NCBI GenBank assembly: GCA_963799775.1
Contig: CAWCYD010000003.1
Location: 1,408,001-1,472,000, forward strand
Reading direction: 5' to 3'
DNA length: 64,000 bases
From: an uncultured archaeon
GTDB taxonomy: Archaea > Thermoproteota > Nitrososphaeria > Nitrososphaerales > Gagatemarchaeaceae
A program made the position numbers and the translations under genes. Below, in pieces: positions 19,121-27,481 of this stretch. The notes below the pieces were generated by a model that did no database searches, had not been told where the DNA came from, and was given only the letters and a program-made list of their open reading frames with translations. The first letter of the stretch is position 1. Each line of letters starts with the position of its first letter.

Positions 19121-19370
19121 TTTCTCGAGACACCTGTGCGACGCAGTGTGACGCTATTTCCTCTTCCGCAGCGGCCCCCGGCAAACACGGTCCAACAAGT
19201 GCAGCATGGGATGAAGGTGCAACGGGTCTTTGGGCATCTAAGGCCGAAGACTCAGACGAATAATCGGCTGACTCCCCCCGGTCCACAACCTTCGAGCCCA
19301 TTTGCGACTAGGATATGCGTCGCATTCTGTTGATGATAGTTTCTGACTGCATAAGGCTTAAAGCCAGATA

Positions 19371-19667
19371 ATGCAAAATTTGCAACCCAGTGAAGGGCCT
19401 CGCTTGGCAACCTTAGACCGGGTGATGTATCCGAGGCCGGTAAGATGGCTCAAAGGGGCCTTCTATTTTGGCGCCTTGGTAATCGGCCTTTCCGCAATTC
19501 CGTTTGAGTTTTACCTTGCCACTTCGCCATCCACAACGCCACAGTTCCTGATAAACGACATGGTAGTGGTTGCGGCCGCGCTGTTGCTTCTGATGACGTT
19601 AAGCTCCTTCACAGAGCCGATCTATGATAGGCTGTGGGCGCGCCGTTTAAACAGGGAGCCGGGCTGA
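19371..19667 (+). CDS. Two-TM hypothetical membrane protein
   Basis: Two hydrophobic helices; starts soon after the second att-like repeat. Confidence 0.55.
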   Translation: MQNLQPSEGPRLATLDRVMYPRPVRWLKGAFYFGALVIGLSAIPFEFYLATSPSTTPQFLINDMVVVAAALLLLMTLSSFTEPIYDRLWARRLNREPG

Positions 19668-19929
19668 TTCGAGGCTCGTACGAATAATCGTCCGAGCGGC
19701 TACGATTCCCCTCTTGTTCTTCGTGGACTCGGCTGCCGCCGAAGACAAGTAGCGCGAATTCGTAATGGCCAAGAAGTCAGACCTTGAGAGGATCTTGGCT
19801 CTCCTCTGCCGCTTGGAGCCCGAATATGGTTCTCGGCCTTCTTAGTTTCTCTACTTCCTCCGCTTCCATCCTCGCAGCTCAGAACGCTTTACTATCCCGA
19901 CCACGTTTTTCCAATTGGTGAGATGAGCA

Positions 19930-20253
19930 ATAGCTAGAGCCCCGAAATCGGTCAAGTTTGGAGAAGCGCTCCAGGCTCACCTCGACAGCCTTCCGCAGAA
20001 CGACGCAGAGCGGAAGTGGCTTGATGACACGAAGTCGGTCCTTCGGGAAAACATGTTCGCTGGCGAGAGCATCCGAAAGAACCTAATTCCCCAGCACTAC
20101 ATCAGAAAGTTCGGGGTCAACAACCTGTTCCGCTACCATCTTCCAAAGGGCTTCAGGGCGGTTTACACTCTCGTTCGGGAAGATGACGAGATTTCCGCGG
20201 TTGTGCTCGAAGTCCTGGATCACAAGAGCTACGAAGAGAGATTCGGCTATTGA
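19930..20253 (+). CDS. RelE/ParE-like toxin
   Basis: Open frame from ATA at 19930 (GGTGA upstream); NLFRYHLPKGFRAVYTL...VLEVLDHKSYEERFGY. Confidence 0.7.
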   Translation: MARAPKSVKFGEALQAHLDSLPQNDAERKWLDDTKSVLRENMFAGESIRKNLIPQHYIRKFGVNNLFRYHLPKGFRAVYTLVREDDEISAVVLEVLDHKSYEERFGY

Positions 20254-20257
20254 ACTG

Positions 20258-20554
20258 TTAGGCCGGGACGCTCGCTGCGAGCAGCTTCCTGAGCTTCGGG
20301 TTGTTGACCCCCGTGTAGAAAATCCGTCCCTCGTCGTTGATGGCGATGGTGCCGTGACTCTCGAGGTACTGGAGCGCCCTCTGGAAGGTCTGATACTGGA
20401 CCTTCTTCGGGAGGGAGTTCCAGAGCTCCGTCCTCGTTGGATAATCCTCATGGTCGAGTATTGACTTTTCTATCATCATCACCGTCGATATCTTCGGCTC
20501 GTGCAACACTCTCTTAATCGAGATGCCGCTGTGGCGTGCGGACTGAAGCGTCAT
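20258..20554 (-). CDS. Small winged-helix protein (candidate antitoxin or regulator)
   Basis: HEPKISTVMMIEKSI...RTELWNSLPKKVQYQTF...YLESHGTI; TTATATA box upstream. Confidence 0.75.
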   Translation of the reverse strand: MTLQSARHSGISIKRVLHEPKISTVMMIEKSILDHEDYPTRTELWNSLPKKVQYQTFQRALQYLESHGTIAINDEGRIFYTGVNNPKLRKLLAASVPA

Positions 20555-20689
20555 ACCTGTGTAACTGCGACCCGGCTGTCTATATAAGTTTATACAAGTC
20601 AAATGATGCTCCCCAATTCTGGAGATAGGCGCGTAAATACGACTCGTTCTTTGTATACTCAATGATTATGGACGAGGAACGCGAAGGGT

Positions 20690-20761
20690 TCCGGACTCAC
20701 TCAGAGGTTGGCCAGGGACTCGCCCCTTGTAAGGGGCGGAACCCCCCCCCCCCCGGTCCAC
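20690..20761 (+). pseudogene. Degenerate tRNA-Ala-like remnant
   Basis: GCCCC-TTGTAA-GGGGC matches the tRNA-Ala anticodon stem and is followed by a C run and GGTCCAC. Confidence 0.45.
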
Positions 20762-20931
20762 ATAATTATTCATGTAGAACCTGGCCCGGCTAGCTCATGA
20801 CGCTCACCAACAATAAGAAATCGGTGAGAAATGGGAAAATGAGAGGCCTCAGCCTGATACCCTGCCACACCACGACGTTGAGAAGTCGAGCACTGCTCAA
20901 GGCGGGCCTAGGCCCCGAGCACAAGCCGATC

Positions 20932-21450
20932 TCACATCTGCTCGATGATTCCTGGCGGTATTGATTTCTTGGAGCCGACAATTTCGACGATTTCGCTCCA
21001 TATCACGTCTCTCACTTTTGGCATGGCTTTTACCAGTTCGAGGAGTCCGAGCAGCTCCGAATTGTCCTTGATTATCACCTCTGCCCTCAAGTCGATCGTG
21101 TGCTCTCCGATGGACCTGCCGACAGATACCACCTCGTCACGTTTCAGCAGCTCGTGCGCAATTGGGAGAGTCGCCCCCCCTCCCGTGTAGATCAAAAGGT
21201 CAACGCGCCTGAAACCCAGGTTTTTGAGATCGAGCGAGTACGCGAGATCGAGATAGTTCTTTTCCAGGTACCGGCGCCTTCGCTGGATGGTGCTCCGAGG
21301 AATGCCAAGCTTCTGCTCCAACTCCCGTGAAGTGACCGAGCCCTTGGGTTCAAGGAGGATCTTCAGTATCTTCCTGTCCAAATCAGAGAAAATGTGCTGA
21401 AGCGCCACGCCTTTGCCCTCCATCAGCCCGCTTCCCTCATCCCTCTTCAC
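20932..21450 (-). CDS. Lrp/AsnC family regulator, paralog of 18641..19120
   Basis: LDRKILKILL...LGIPRSTIQRRRRYLE...VGRSIGEHTIDLRAE. Confidence 0.88.
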   Translation of the reverse strand: MKRDEGSGLMEGKGVALQHIFSDLDRKILKILLEPKGSVTSRELEQKLGIPRSTIQRRRRYLEKNYLDLAYSLDLKNLGFRRVDLLIYTGGGATLPIAHELLKRDEVVSVGRSIGEHTIDLRAEVIIKDNSELLGLLELVKAMPKVRDVIWSEIVEIVGSKKSIPPGIIEQM

Positions 21451-21733
21451 AACAGGATGGCTCTTGGACCGCGCCAGCTAGGGGCGTGATCGAAGGAGTT
21501 CGTTCTGCTTGCGTTGAATAGTCCCTTGCATGCTATCTCTTCGAGAATCTGCGAGTTCTCTGCAAGACTTAGTCCAGCAACGAGCTGGAGGTGCCTAATG
21601 CCCTTGGGAATGGCCTTGATGTCGTTCAGGATATTTGCTCGAATCGAATCGAGTGAGCTGCAACGCAATTCCACCTTCTTGTCTCTTGGAGGCTCCTGCG
21701 AATAATTAAATCGTGTGTAAACAGTGCAGCTAA

Positions 21734-22624
21734 TTGCAATACAGCTATAACGTCCAATCCGTGAATCTCGCCTCGTTGCCTGACCAAAGCCGGCGTCTGA
21801 CGGAGTCCGTGAGCTTTAGACTCGACGAGGGCGACCTCGCTCAATTGAGAGATATGGCGAGGCTGAGGAAAATGAGTCTCAACTCTCTGGTCTCGCAGGT
21901 ATTCGATAGGTACCTCAAGCTTTGGGTCTATAACGCGTCGTACGGATTCATTCCTGTAAACGAAGAGATCCTCCGGCAAGGTCTCTCCAAGATGAACGAC
22001 AGGGAAATCGAAAAGACCGCGCACAGCAACGCCGTGAGAACCCACGTCGAGATGATCAGGTACATCCATGGTGAGCTCACCCCTGAGGCAGTCGTAGACT
22101 ACCTTGACATCTTTGGCCAGAGATTCCGCACATACAAACACTTCACCAAGGGATCGCGGCACACGGTCACAATATTTCACGGCGTCAGTCTTCAATTCTC
22201 GAAGCTCTACTACACAATCCTAAAGGAAATACTTCGAAGTGCGAACTTCAAGATAATTGAAAGCAAGGAGGACGTCAGGGAGACAGGTTTCTCAATTACA
22301 TTTGAGCCGAGGACACTGACTTCTTCATACCTCCGTCTCGCCTCAAACACCATGAAAGAGGATGACGAGGGACAACCAATTCCTTCTTTCAACGACAAAC
22401 AACTCCCTGATGGCGCGATAGACTGCTTCCGTCGAGCTTCACAGCTTGTCGAAGACATCGCGGCTTTCGCGACCGCTCAGCTAATCCGCGTCATCCCCTC
22501 TACGGGGAAGAGCCCTGCGAGGACGCCGGAGTACGGGGCGATCCCGCATTTGTCGCATTGCGGCTGCAGCGCGCCCTCGTTCGCGCTTCCCATGCAGCAG
22601 GGCGTCTTGATGTTGCCCCTGTAG
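21734..22624 (+). CDS. Ribbon-helix-helix protein with a C-terminal domain of thaumarchaeal type
   Basis: ESVSFRLDE...MSLNSLVSQVFDRY; the frame runs on into the convergent gene. Confidence 0.7.
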   Translation: MQYSYNVQSVNLASLPDQSRRLTESVSFRLDEGDLAQLRDMARLRKMSLNSLVSQVFDRYLKLWVYNASYGFIPVNEEILRQGLSKMNDREIEKTAHSNAVRTHVEMIRYIHGELTPEAVVDYLDIFGQRFRTYKHFTKGSRHTVTIFHGVSLQFSKLYYTILKEILRSANFKIIESKEDVRETGFSITFEPRTLTSSYLRLASNTMKEDDEGQPIPSFNDKQLPDGAIDCFRRASQLVEDIAAFATAQLIRVIPSTGKSPARTPEYGAIPHLSHCGCSAPSFALPMQQGVLMLPL

Positions 22625-23643
22625 TCCAAAGGAAGGATCATCCAGTTGGGGCACATTGAGCCCCAGTTTCCGCGCATGAGCTCGAACTGCTCCTTCGAGT
22701 TCACCACGAAGTGCTTGTTCTCCTTGCTGCTGAACTCCATGATGCTGTTGATGGTCCTGTCCCTCTCCTCTCCGAAGGGCAGCCATAGCGGGTCGTTCTC
22801 TATGAACGGCGTGTGGAACTGGATGCTTAGCCTCCCCACGATGTCATCCCACTCGCGAAGGACGTCGATCACGGTCTTGTAGTTCAGGGTGTTCAACGTC
22901 ATGTTGGCGTCTACCCTCCCGCCGGTGCTTACGAAGTTCTTGATGTTGGTTTTCATCTTGGCATAGGTGTTCGGGCCGCGGATGCGGTTGTGGGTCTCCT
23001 CGGTCCCGTCGACTGACACGAAGAAGAGCCCGTTGATGTGTATCATCGGGTGCGTCCCGTTGGTGACCACGCTCATCCTGTTCCTCATCTCCTCCGAGAA
23101 GACCTGGACGACATCCTTCCTCAGCATCGGCTCGCCGCCGACGACCGTGACGTTCGCTATCTTCATCTTCTTGAAGGAGTTTTGGATGACGGTCCTCCAC
23201 TGCTCGGGGGTCAGCTCACCTGCCGTCGGCTGCCTGTTGGTCCACCAGTAGCAGTGGACGCACTTGAGGTTGCAGACGTTGATTATGTCGGCGGAGCCGA
23301 AGAGTGGGGTCTTGGTCCCAGCTCTCATCTTCCTCCACCAGTGGAAGAGGTCGCCGCCCTTGTTGTCCTTGAAGAAGCCGTTGACTGACCTGACGTAGTC
23401 CGCTGGCGTCGGGTTCGAAGCGAGCCCGGGGAGCAGCTTTACCAGGCTCGGGAGGTTGACCGCGTCCTTGTAGGCCGCCTTCACTTTCTGCGTCGTGGAC
23501 TTTTTCTCCAGCTTCAGGTCGATGTAGGCCTCGTTCTGCTTGAGCCTCCCCGCAGAGATCTTCTCGACGAACCTTTCCGCGAACTCCTCCTCAGACCAAC
23601 CGAAGTACTCCCGCGAAAAAATGTCGGGAGACTGCAATGCCAT
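22477..23643 (-). CDS. Radical SAM protein with a Cys-rich C-terminus
   Basis: CNLKCVHC, GGEP, VTNGT, SVDG, HNRIRG; C-terminal C..PCC..CDKC. Confidence 0.9.
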   Translation of the reverse strand: MALQSPDIFSREYFGWSEEEFAERFVEKISAGRLKQNEAYIDLKLEKKSTTQKVKAAYKDAVNLPSLVKLLPGLASNPTPADYVRSVNGFFKDNKGGDLFHWWRKMRAGTKTPLFGSADIINVCNLKCVHCYWWTNRQPTAGELTPEQWRTVIQNSFKKMKIANVTVVGGEPMLRKDVVQVFSEEMRNRMSVVTNGTHPMIHINGLFFVSVDGTEETHNRIRGPNTYAKMKTNIKNFVSTGGRVDANMTLNTLNYKTVIDVLREWDDIVGRLSIQFHTPFIENDPLWLPFGEERDRTINSIMEFSSKENKHFVVNSKEQFELMRGNWGSMCPNWMILPLDYRGNIKTPCCMGSANEGALQPQCDKCGIAPYSGVLAGLFPVEGMTRIS

Positions 23644-23688
23644 GATGCGCTGAAACCTCCTTGCTCGCTTGTCGAGAGCCGAGTCGGA

Positions 23689-23865
23689 CTAATAGTCTTT
23701 TCCGGACTTTCTCTGGGCCTTTCCGAGGCTCTCTCTAGCCTTTCCCTCGACCTGTTCGATCTTTCCCTTGGCTTGCTCTTTCTTGTTGCCCCTCAGCTTG
23801 CCCACCCCTTCACGGACCTTCCCCTTGATCTGCTTGCCCTTGCCTTCCATCTCGTTCTTGTTCAT
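23689..23865 (-). CDS. CsbD family stress protein
   Basis: MNKNEMEGKGKQIKGKVREGVGKL...KGKIEQVEGKA. Confidence 0.88.
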   Translation of the reverse strand: MNKNEMEGKGKQIKGKVREGVGKLRGNKKEQAKGKIEQVEGKARESLGKAQRKSGKDY

Positions 23866-24103
23866 GATGGCTAGCCACGCGACAGCGCGTAATAAGTTGC
23901 AGGAGAGCATCCACTGGAACTTTCATCCAGAGCTTATTCGGGAACCGAAGAGGCACAGCGTCAGCCGACCCGTGTACAGGATGTAGCAATTATCATGAAC
24001 ACCGGAAAGATTGTCCCCGTCGAGGGAAGGGCCGCGTACCTTCAATCTGTTAACGCAGTAATCTATTGCAAGCCCTAGCCCATGTCAGAGCGTAGATTTT
24101 CCG

Positions 24104-24340
24104 TCATTTCTCGTCGCTCATCATCCCGTCTTCCCTGTCTTCGATCTCTTCGGACTCGTGCTCTTCAGACTCCTCTTCGGTCTCGAGTTCCATCTCCTTT
24201 GACTCAGCTTGGTCCTCAGCCTCGACATCGGGTTCCGCTGCTGCCTCGCGCTCTTGCACGACTGCCTCGGTCTCTTGCTCAGCTTCCTTTGTGTCCTTGC
24301 TGCTCAGCCAAATCACTGTCCAGCCCACGTTCGCATGCAA
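24104..24340 (-). CDS. Small highly acidic disordered protein
   Basis: Glu-rich ORF directly downstream of an HTH_45 gene; start uncertain. Confidence 0.5.
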   Translation of the reverse strand: MHANVGWTVIWLSSKDTKEAEQETEAVVQEREAAAEPDVEAEDQAESKEMELETEEESEEHESEEIEDREDGMMSDEK

Positions 24341-24355
24341 GTCGTCCGGATCGGT

Positions 24356-24640
24356 TCACTTTGAGACCAAAGCATCCGGGATCTCTTCGTCGAGCGGTAC
24401 GAGCTTGCTGAGCTCCTCGTAGATGTGTAGGAAGCGGACTCCCTTCTCGGTCAGCGCGTAGATGTGCGTCTCCTCGTCCCTCGTTATCAGCGAGTTGGCC
24501 GTCAAGAAGCCGAGGTACTCGTTGATCTGTGCGAAGGAGAGGAACGAGCCGTACATCAGCCTCGTCTTCGTCGCGTTGCCCGCACGTGCGACGTGGAGGA
24601 TGTTGGATGCGATCGCAAACCTAGACCGGTATTTCATCAT
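24356..24640 (-). CDS. Winged-helix regulator (HTH_45 family)
   Basis: MKYRSR...ATKTRLMYGSFLSFAQ...YALTEKG. Confidence 0.9.
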   Translation of the reverse strand: MMKYRSRFAIASNILHVARAGNATKTRLMYGSFLSFAQINEYLGFLTANSLITRDEETHIYALTEKGVRFLHIYEELSKLVPLDEEIPDALVSK

Positions 24641-25154
24641 TATAGGACGCCCTGCCCGGTTGCTGCCCGTGGATTCTCGAAGAACTGGAGACCCTTGCTG
24701 GTCAATGAGGGCCTGTCGACTACCTCTTGCGCTGACGCGTTCTTCCGCCCGAGACGAATCATTTCGTCGGATCCCTTGTTCTGGTTAACCGTGCCCTCCT
24801 CTGTTTTCATAGGAGTACTAGTGAGGGGGCTGCTATATACGACGAGCCTTCGAAACCGGCGGAAAAAAACCAAGAATGTTCAAATTGTGTTGTCGAGGAA
24901 ACGAATCAACCCCAATTCCAGTCCAATTCTGAGCCAGATGCATTTCTTGCGATAATCGCGCGGTTCGTCCTGCGTTGATGCAACAAAAAACGTTTCAAAG
25001 CTTGCCGATGATCCTAGCGGGAACCGACTTCTTGCCCACAAGGTCGTATTTTGTATTTTATGTTACCAATTGTTATCCCCATCGCACCAAGCCGGTCACT
25101 TCGACTAGAGTAATCCATCCGAGTCCAATAGATGGATGCTGCAGTAACAAACCG

Positions 25155-25331
25155 ATGCACTTGAGTAAGAACAAAGAGGAGAGAGACCGAATGGTCAGGT
25201 TCATTCTTGACAACGCGATTGCCGACGATGTCCCTGGACACAGTCTCGTGCTGACCCCTAAAGGTCACGCGCTTCTGACCATGCTAACGAACTTGAAAGC
25301 TGGAATCGACAACAAGGCCAAGGCGACGTAG
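25155..25331 (+). CDS. Short winged-helix-like protein or remnant
   Basis: LVLTPKGHALLTML wing motif. Confidence 0.4.
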   Translation: MHLSKNKEERDRMVRFILDNAIADDVPGHSLVLTPKGHALLTMLTNLKAGIDNKAKAT

Positions 25332-25332
25332 T

Positions 25333-25581
25333 TTGTTCCCTGGAAAAGGAACAACGTTCGGCGATGAGACAATTGATCCTAGGCCGGCTTCGAGCTGCAG
25401 TTATTGCGAAAAACCTGTCCTGCCAACGGACCACCTAGACGCCATGGGATACACGTTCCACACGAAGTGCGCTTCTGTCCTCGCTACCCTGATGCGGGAA
25501 ATAGACGCACTACAGGTCTACGAGAAGCGTCAGTTGGATTTCCAAGAGGAAGTAGAAAGTTACACACACGAGAAGCAATAG
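25333..25581 (+). CDS. Small Zn-finger protein
   Basis: CSYC...FHTKC (resembles half a LIM finger). Confidence 0.55.
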   Translation: MFPGKGTTFGDETIDPRPASSCSYCEKPVLPTDHLDAMGYTFHTKCASVLATLMREIDALQVYEKRQLDFQEEVESYTHEKQ

Positions 25582-25944
25582 CCCGAGCCAGGGAAGACTG
25601 ACACGAGGTCGAGCCTTTTCCTGATGGGCATTGACCTTCCTTAGGGTCGGGGTTAGGTTTGCGCGCCTTCGGCTGCAATCTCCCCGCCACCTATCTCAAG
25701 CTACGGAAGACAGCTTGAAATGCGGAACGCGAGGAAGAAATTCAGAGATGACTCTTTGTTAGCCCTCCACGGGGATTCGACGCCCATGGTTTGAGTTCTT
25801 GGACGCCAAGGGTCACGTCTTAGTGATTCGTAACCATGCTGCGGCATGAGAATCGCGCTCGGAGAAGCGCCAATTCAAACAGACGAAGAAGAGGCTCGCC
25901 GAACCCCTGGACCTAACCCCGGGCGATATCTTCTGCTCGAAGCC

Positions 25945-26106
25945 CTACTTGCCTGTGACCGGGTTTCTGCCTTGATACAGTCTGTAGGCGACCACAACAA
26001 CGGCGATGATAACTAGAAGGTTGATCAGTTCTCCCCCGATCCCTCCTATCACCCCGAGGAGCCACAGGAGCACAAGAACCAGGGCTACGGTCCAGAAGAG
26101 ATCCAT
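25945..26106 (-). CDS. lmo0937-like small membrane protein
   Basis: 53 aa MDLFWTVALVLVLLWLLG...GELINLLVIIAVVVVAYRL; not in the ORF track. Confidence 0.78.
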   Translation of the reverse strand: MDLFWTVALVLVLLWLLGVIGGIGGELINLLVIIAVVVVAYRLYQGRNPVTGK

Positions 26107-26119
26107 CCGCGTTCGACTC

Positions 26120-26248
26120 CTAGATGTGGAAGTTGAGGGTTATGAATCCGAAGAATGCGAGGGCCGCGACAACGATGACTGCAAAAATGATCATGTCTCC
26201 GCCGTCTGCCTTTCTCTTCGTTCTGAGGAACTTCATGCTTATTGACAT
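26120..26248 (-). CDS. Small single-TM peptide
   Basis: MSISMKFLRTKRKADGGDMIIFAVIVVAALAFFGFITLNFHI; upstream motif shared with the 27189 gene. Confidence 0.5.
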   Translation of the reverse strand: MSISMKFLRTKRKADGGDMIIFAVIVVAALAFFGFITLNFHI

Positions 26249-26324
26249 GCTATCGTTGCACGACGCCTGAATATGTGCGTGACGATGCATCGCACCAGTG
26301 GTTGGATTCATAGAAAGCAACGGC

Positions 26325-26744
26325 TTACTCCCCCAGCCTTCCTCTCTCCGTCCTGCCGTATCTCTCGGCCTTGCGAATCGTCCTGACCATGTCGCCGCTC
26401 TTTCTCTTGCCTGGGACGTAAGTACGCGGCCTAGCGGAGCCCCTCGAGGGAAAGCCTCTCGCCGTTGCATCGACCACGTACGGGGATGTGCTCTCGCCGA
26501 GGCTCTTTAGATGAGAAGCGCAGACTGCGACCTTTCTTGGCTCTCCACCCGACCTGGGCGTGATCGTAACCATGTCGCGGGCCGTCTCGTTGGGCCTGCC
26601 TTGCTCTTTGCAGAGGACGCAGTGCCTTTCGTTCACTCCGCCTTCGCTGCGGACTGGGTGCGGCTTCTCATCCAGTTCTTGCTTAAGCAAGCCGAGTGGC
26701 CCGCCGGAGAGATCCGCCTGCCTGCGGCGAGATTTGGTGTCCAA
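26325..26744 (-). CDS. Hypothetical Zn-binding protein
   Basis: CVLC...VCASH. Confidence 0.5.
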   Translation of the reverse strand: MDTKSRRRQADLSGGPLGLLKQELDEKPHPVRSEGGVNERHCVLCKEQGRPNETARDMVTITPRSGGEPRKVAVCASHLKSLGESTSPYVVDATARGFPSRGSARPRTYVPGKRKSGDMVRTIRKAERYGRTERGRLGE

Positions 26745-26766
26745 GTGCTAAGCGCCAAACCGAGGG

Positions 26767-27189
26767 CTACTTTGCCTTCGAGTCGCTCGCTGGGACGGTG
26801 ACTGCCGCTGCGACAGCCGCGGGAGCGGCTGCAGTTTGAGGACCCTGACTGGAAACCGAGTTTTGCCTTATTATCCCATATGCCTTCTCCGCCTCCGAGT
26901 TGGGCAGGTCGCCCAGCGATAGAGGTTCTCCTCCGAGCCGGAGCGTCATCTTGATCTTGGAACGCAAGACCCCCTTCTCCAGGACCGCGTTCGAGATGTC
27001 CTTGTAGTTGAAGTCGGTGTAGTCCTTCTTCAGGCCTAGCGCATGTGGATGCCGCAGGATGATGCGCTCATTGGTCACGACCACGGAGTCTACGTTGATC
27101 TTTGGGTGGTAGATCTTCTGCTTTATGTAGAGCTCGACTCGCTCGTTGGATCCGAGTATCCGTTTTAGGTCGTCGGGGGTGTCTTCCAT
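26767..27189 (-). CDS. Bacterial PH-domain protein
   Basis: ILGSNERV...SVVVTNERII...YTDFNYKDISN; ATG at 27189. Confidence 0.8.
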   Translation of the reverse strand: MEDTPDDLKRILGSNERVELYIKQKIYHPKINVDSVVVTNERIILRHPHALGLKKDYTDFNYKDISNAVLEKGVLRSKIKMTLRLGGEPLSLGDLPNSEAEKAYGIIRQNSVSSQGPQTAAAPAAVAAAVTVPASDSKAK

Positions 27190-27481
27190 TGCTATCGTTG
27201 TTTCATCTTGTCCGTGGCTGATATGCTGCGCGATGCATTGCACTAGAGGATGATTGGACCGGCTCCAAATCCTCGCCGGGCATCCCTCAGGGCGTAGCAA
27301 GGTCGAACGGCGCGGAAGCTACCCTCCAAGAAACGGGGTCTTGAATGTGGGCTAGTCCGCCGTCGCCTGGGAGACAGGGTTCTTCGGCGACAAATGAGAC
27401 GCTTCTGGAGCGGTCTTCTGGCGGGATTCACAGAAGCGTTCAATCTCAAGTGATTAGAGCGCCCAGCAGCATAGTGGTTCG

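Larger units (their letters stand above)
16705..20761 (+). repeat. Direct repeats of the tRNA-Ala 3' end (att-like) at 17133-17143, about 19270-19286 and 20742-20761
   Basis: CCCCGGTCCAC, GACTCCCCCCGGTCCAC and C13-GGTCCAC versus tRNA GAGTCCCCCCCGGTCCAC, all in the same orientation. Confidence 0.75.
17608..27243 (-). promoter_or_regulatory. Shared upstream motif AACGATAGCA at 17608-17617, 26248-26257 and 27190-27199; extended promoter similarity between 26246-26298 and 27187-27246
   Basis: Exact 10-mer within 0-13 nt of three start codons on the same strand; two copies also share GTGC(G/A)ATGCATCG...CATAT(T)CAG. Confidence 0.6.

Noticed and set aside
20742-20754. C13 tract as a phase-variation switch
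   Set aside because: It is intergenic, part of the tRNA-derived repeat, and its length is unreliable in an indel-prone assembly.
24640-24873. Extra wHTH gene (LTSKGLQFF)
   Set aside because: Only the wing-like fragment resembles HTH_45; at most a remnant, so it was not called.
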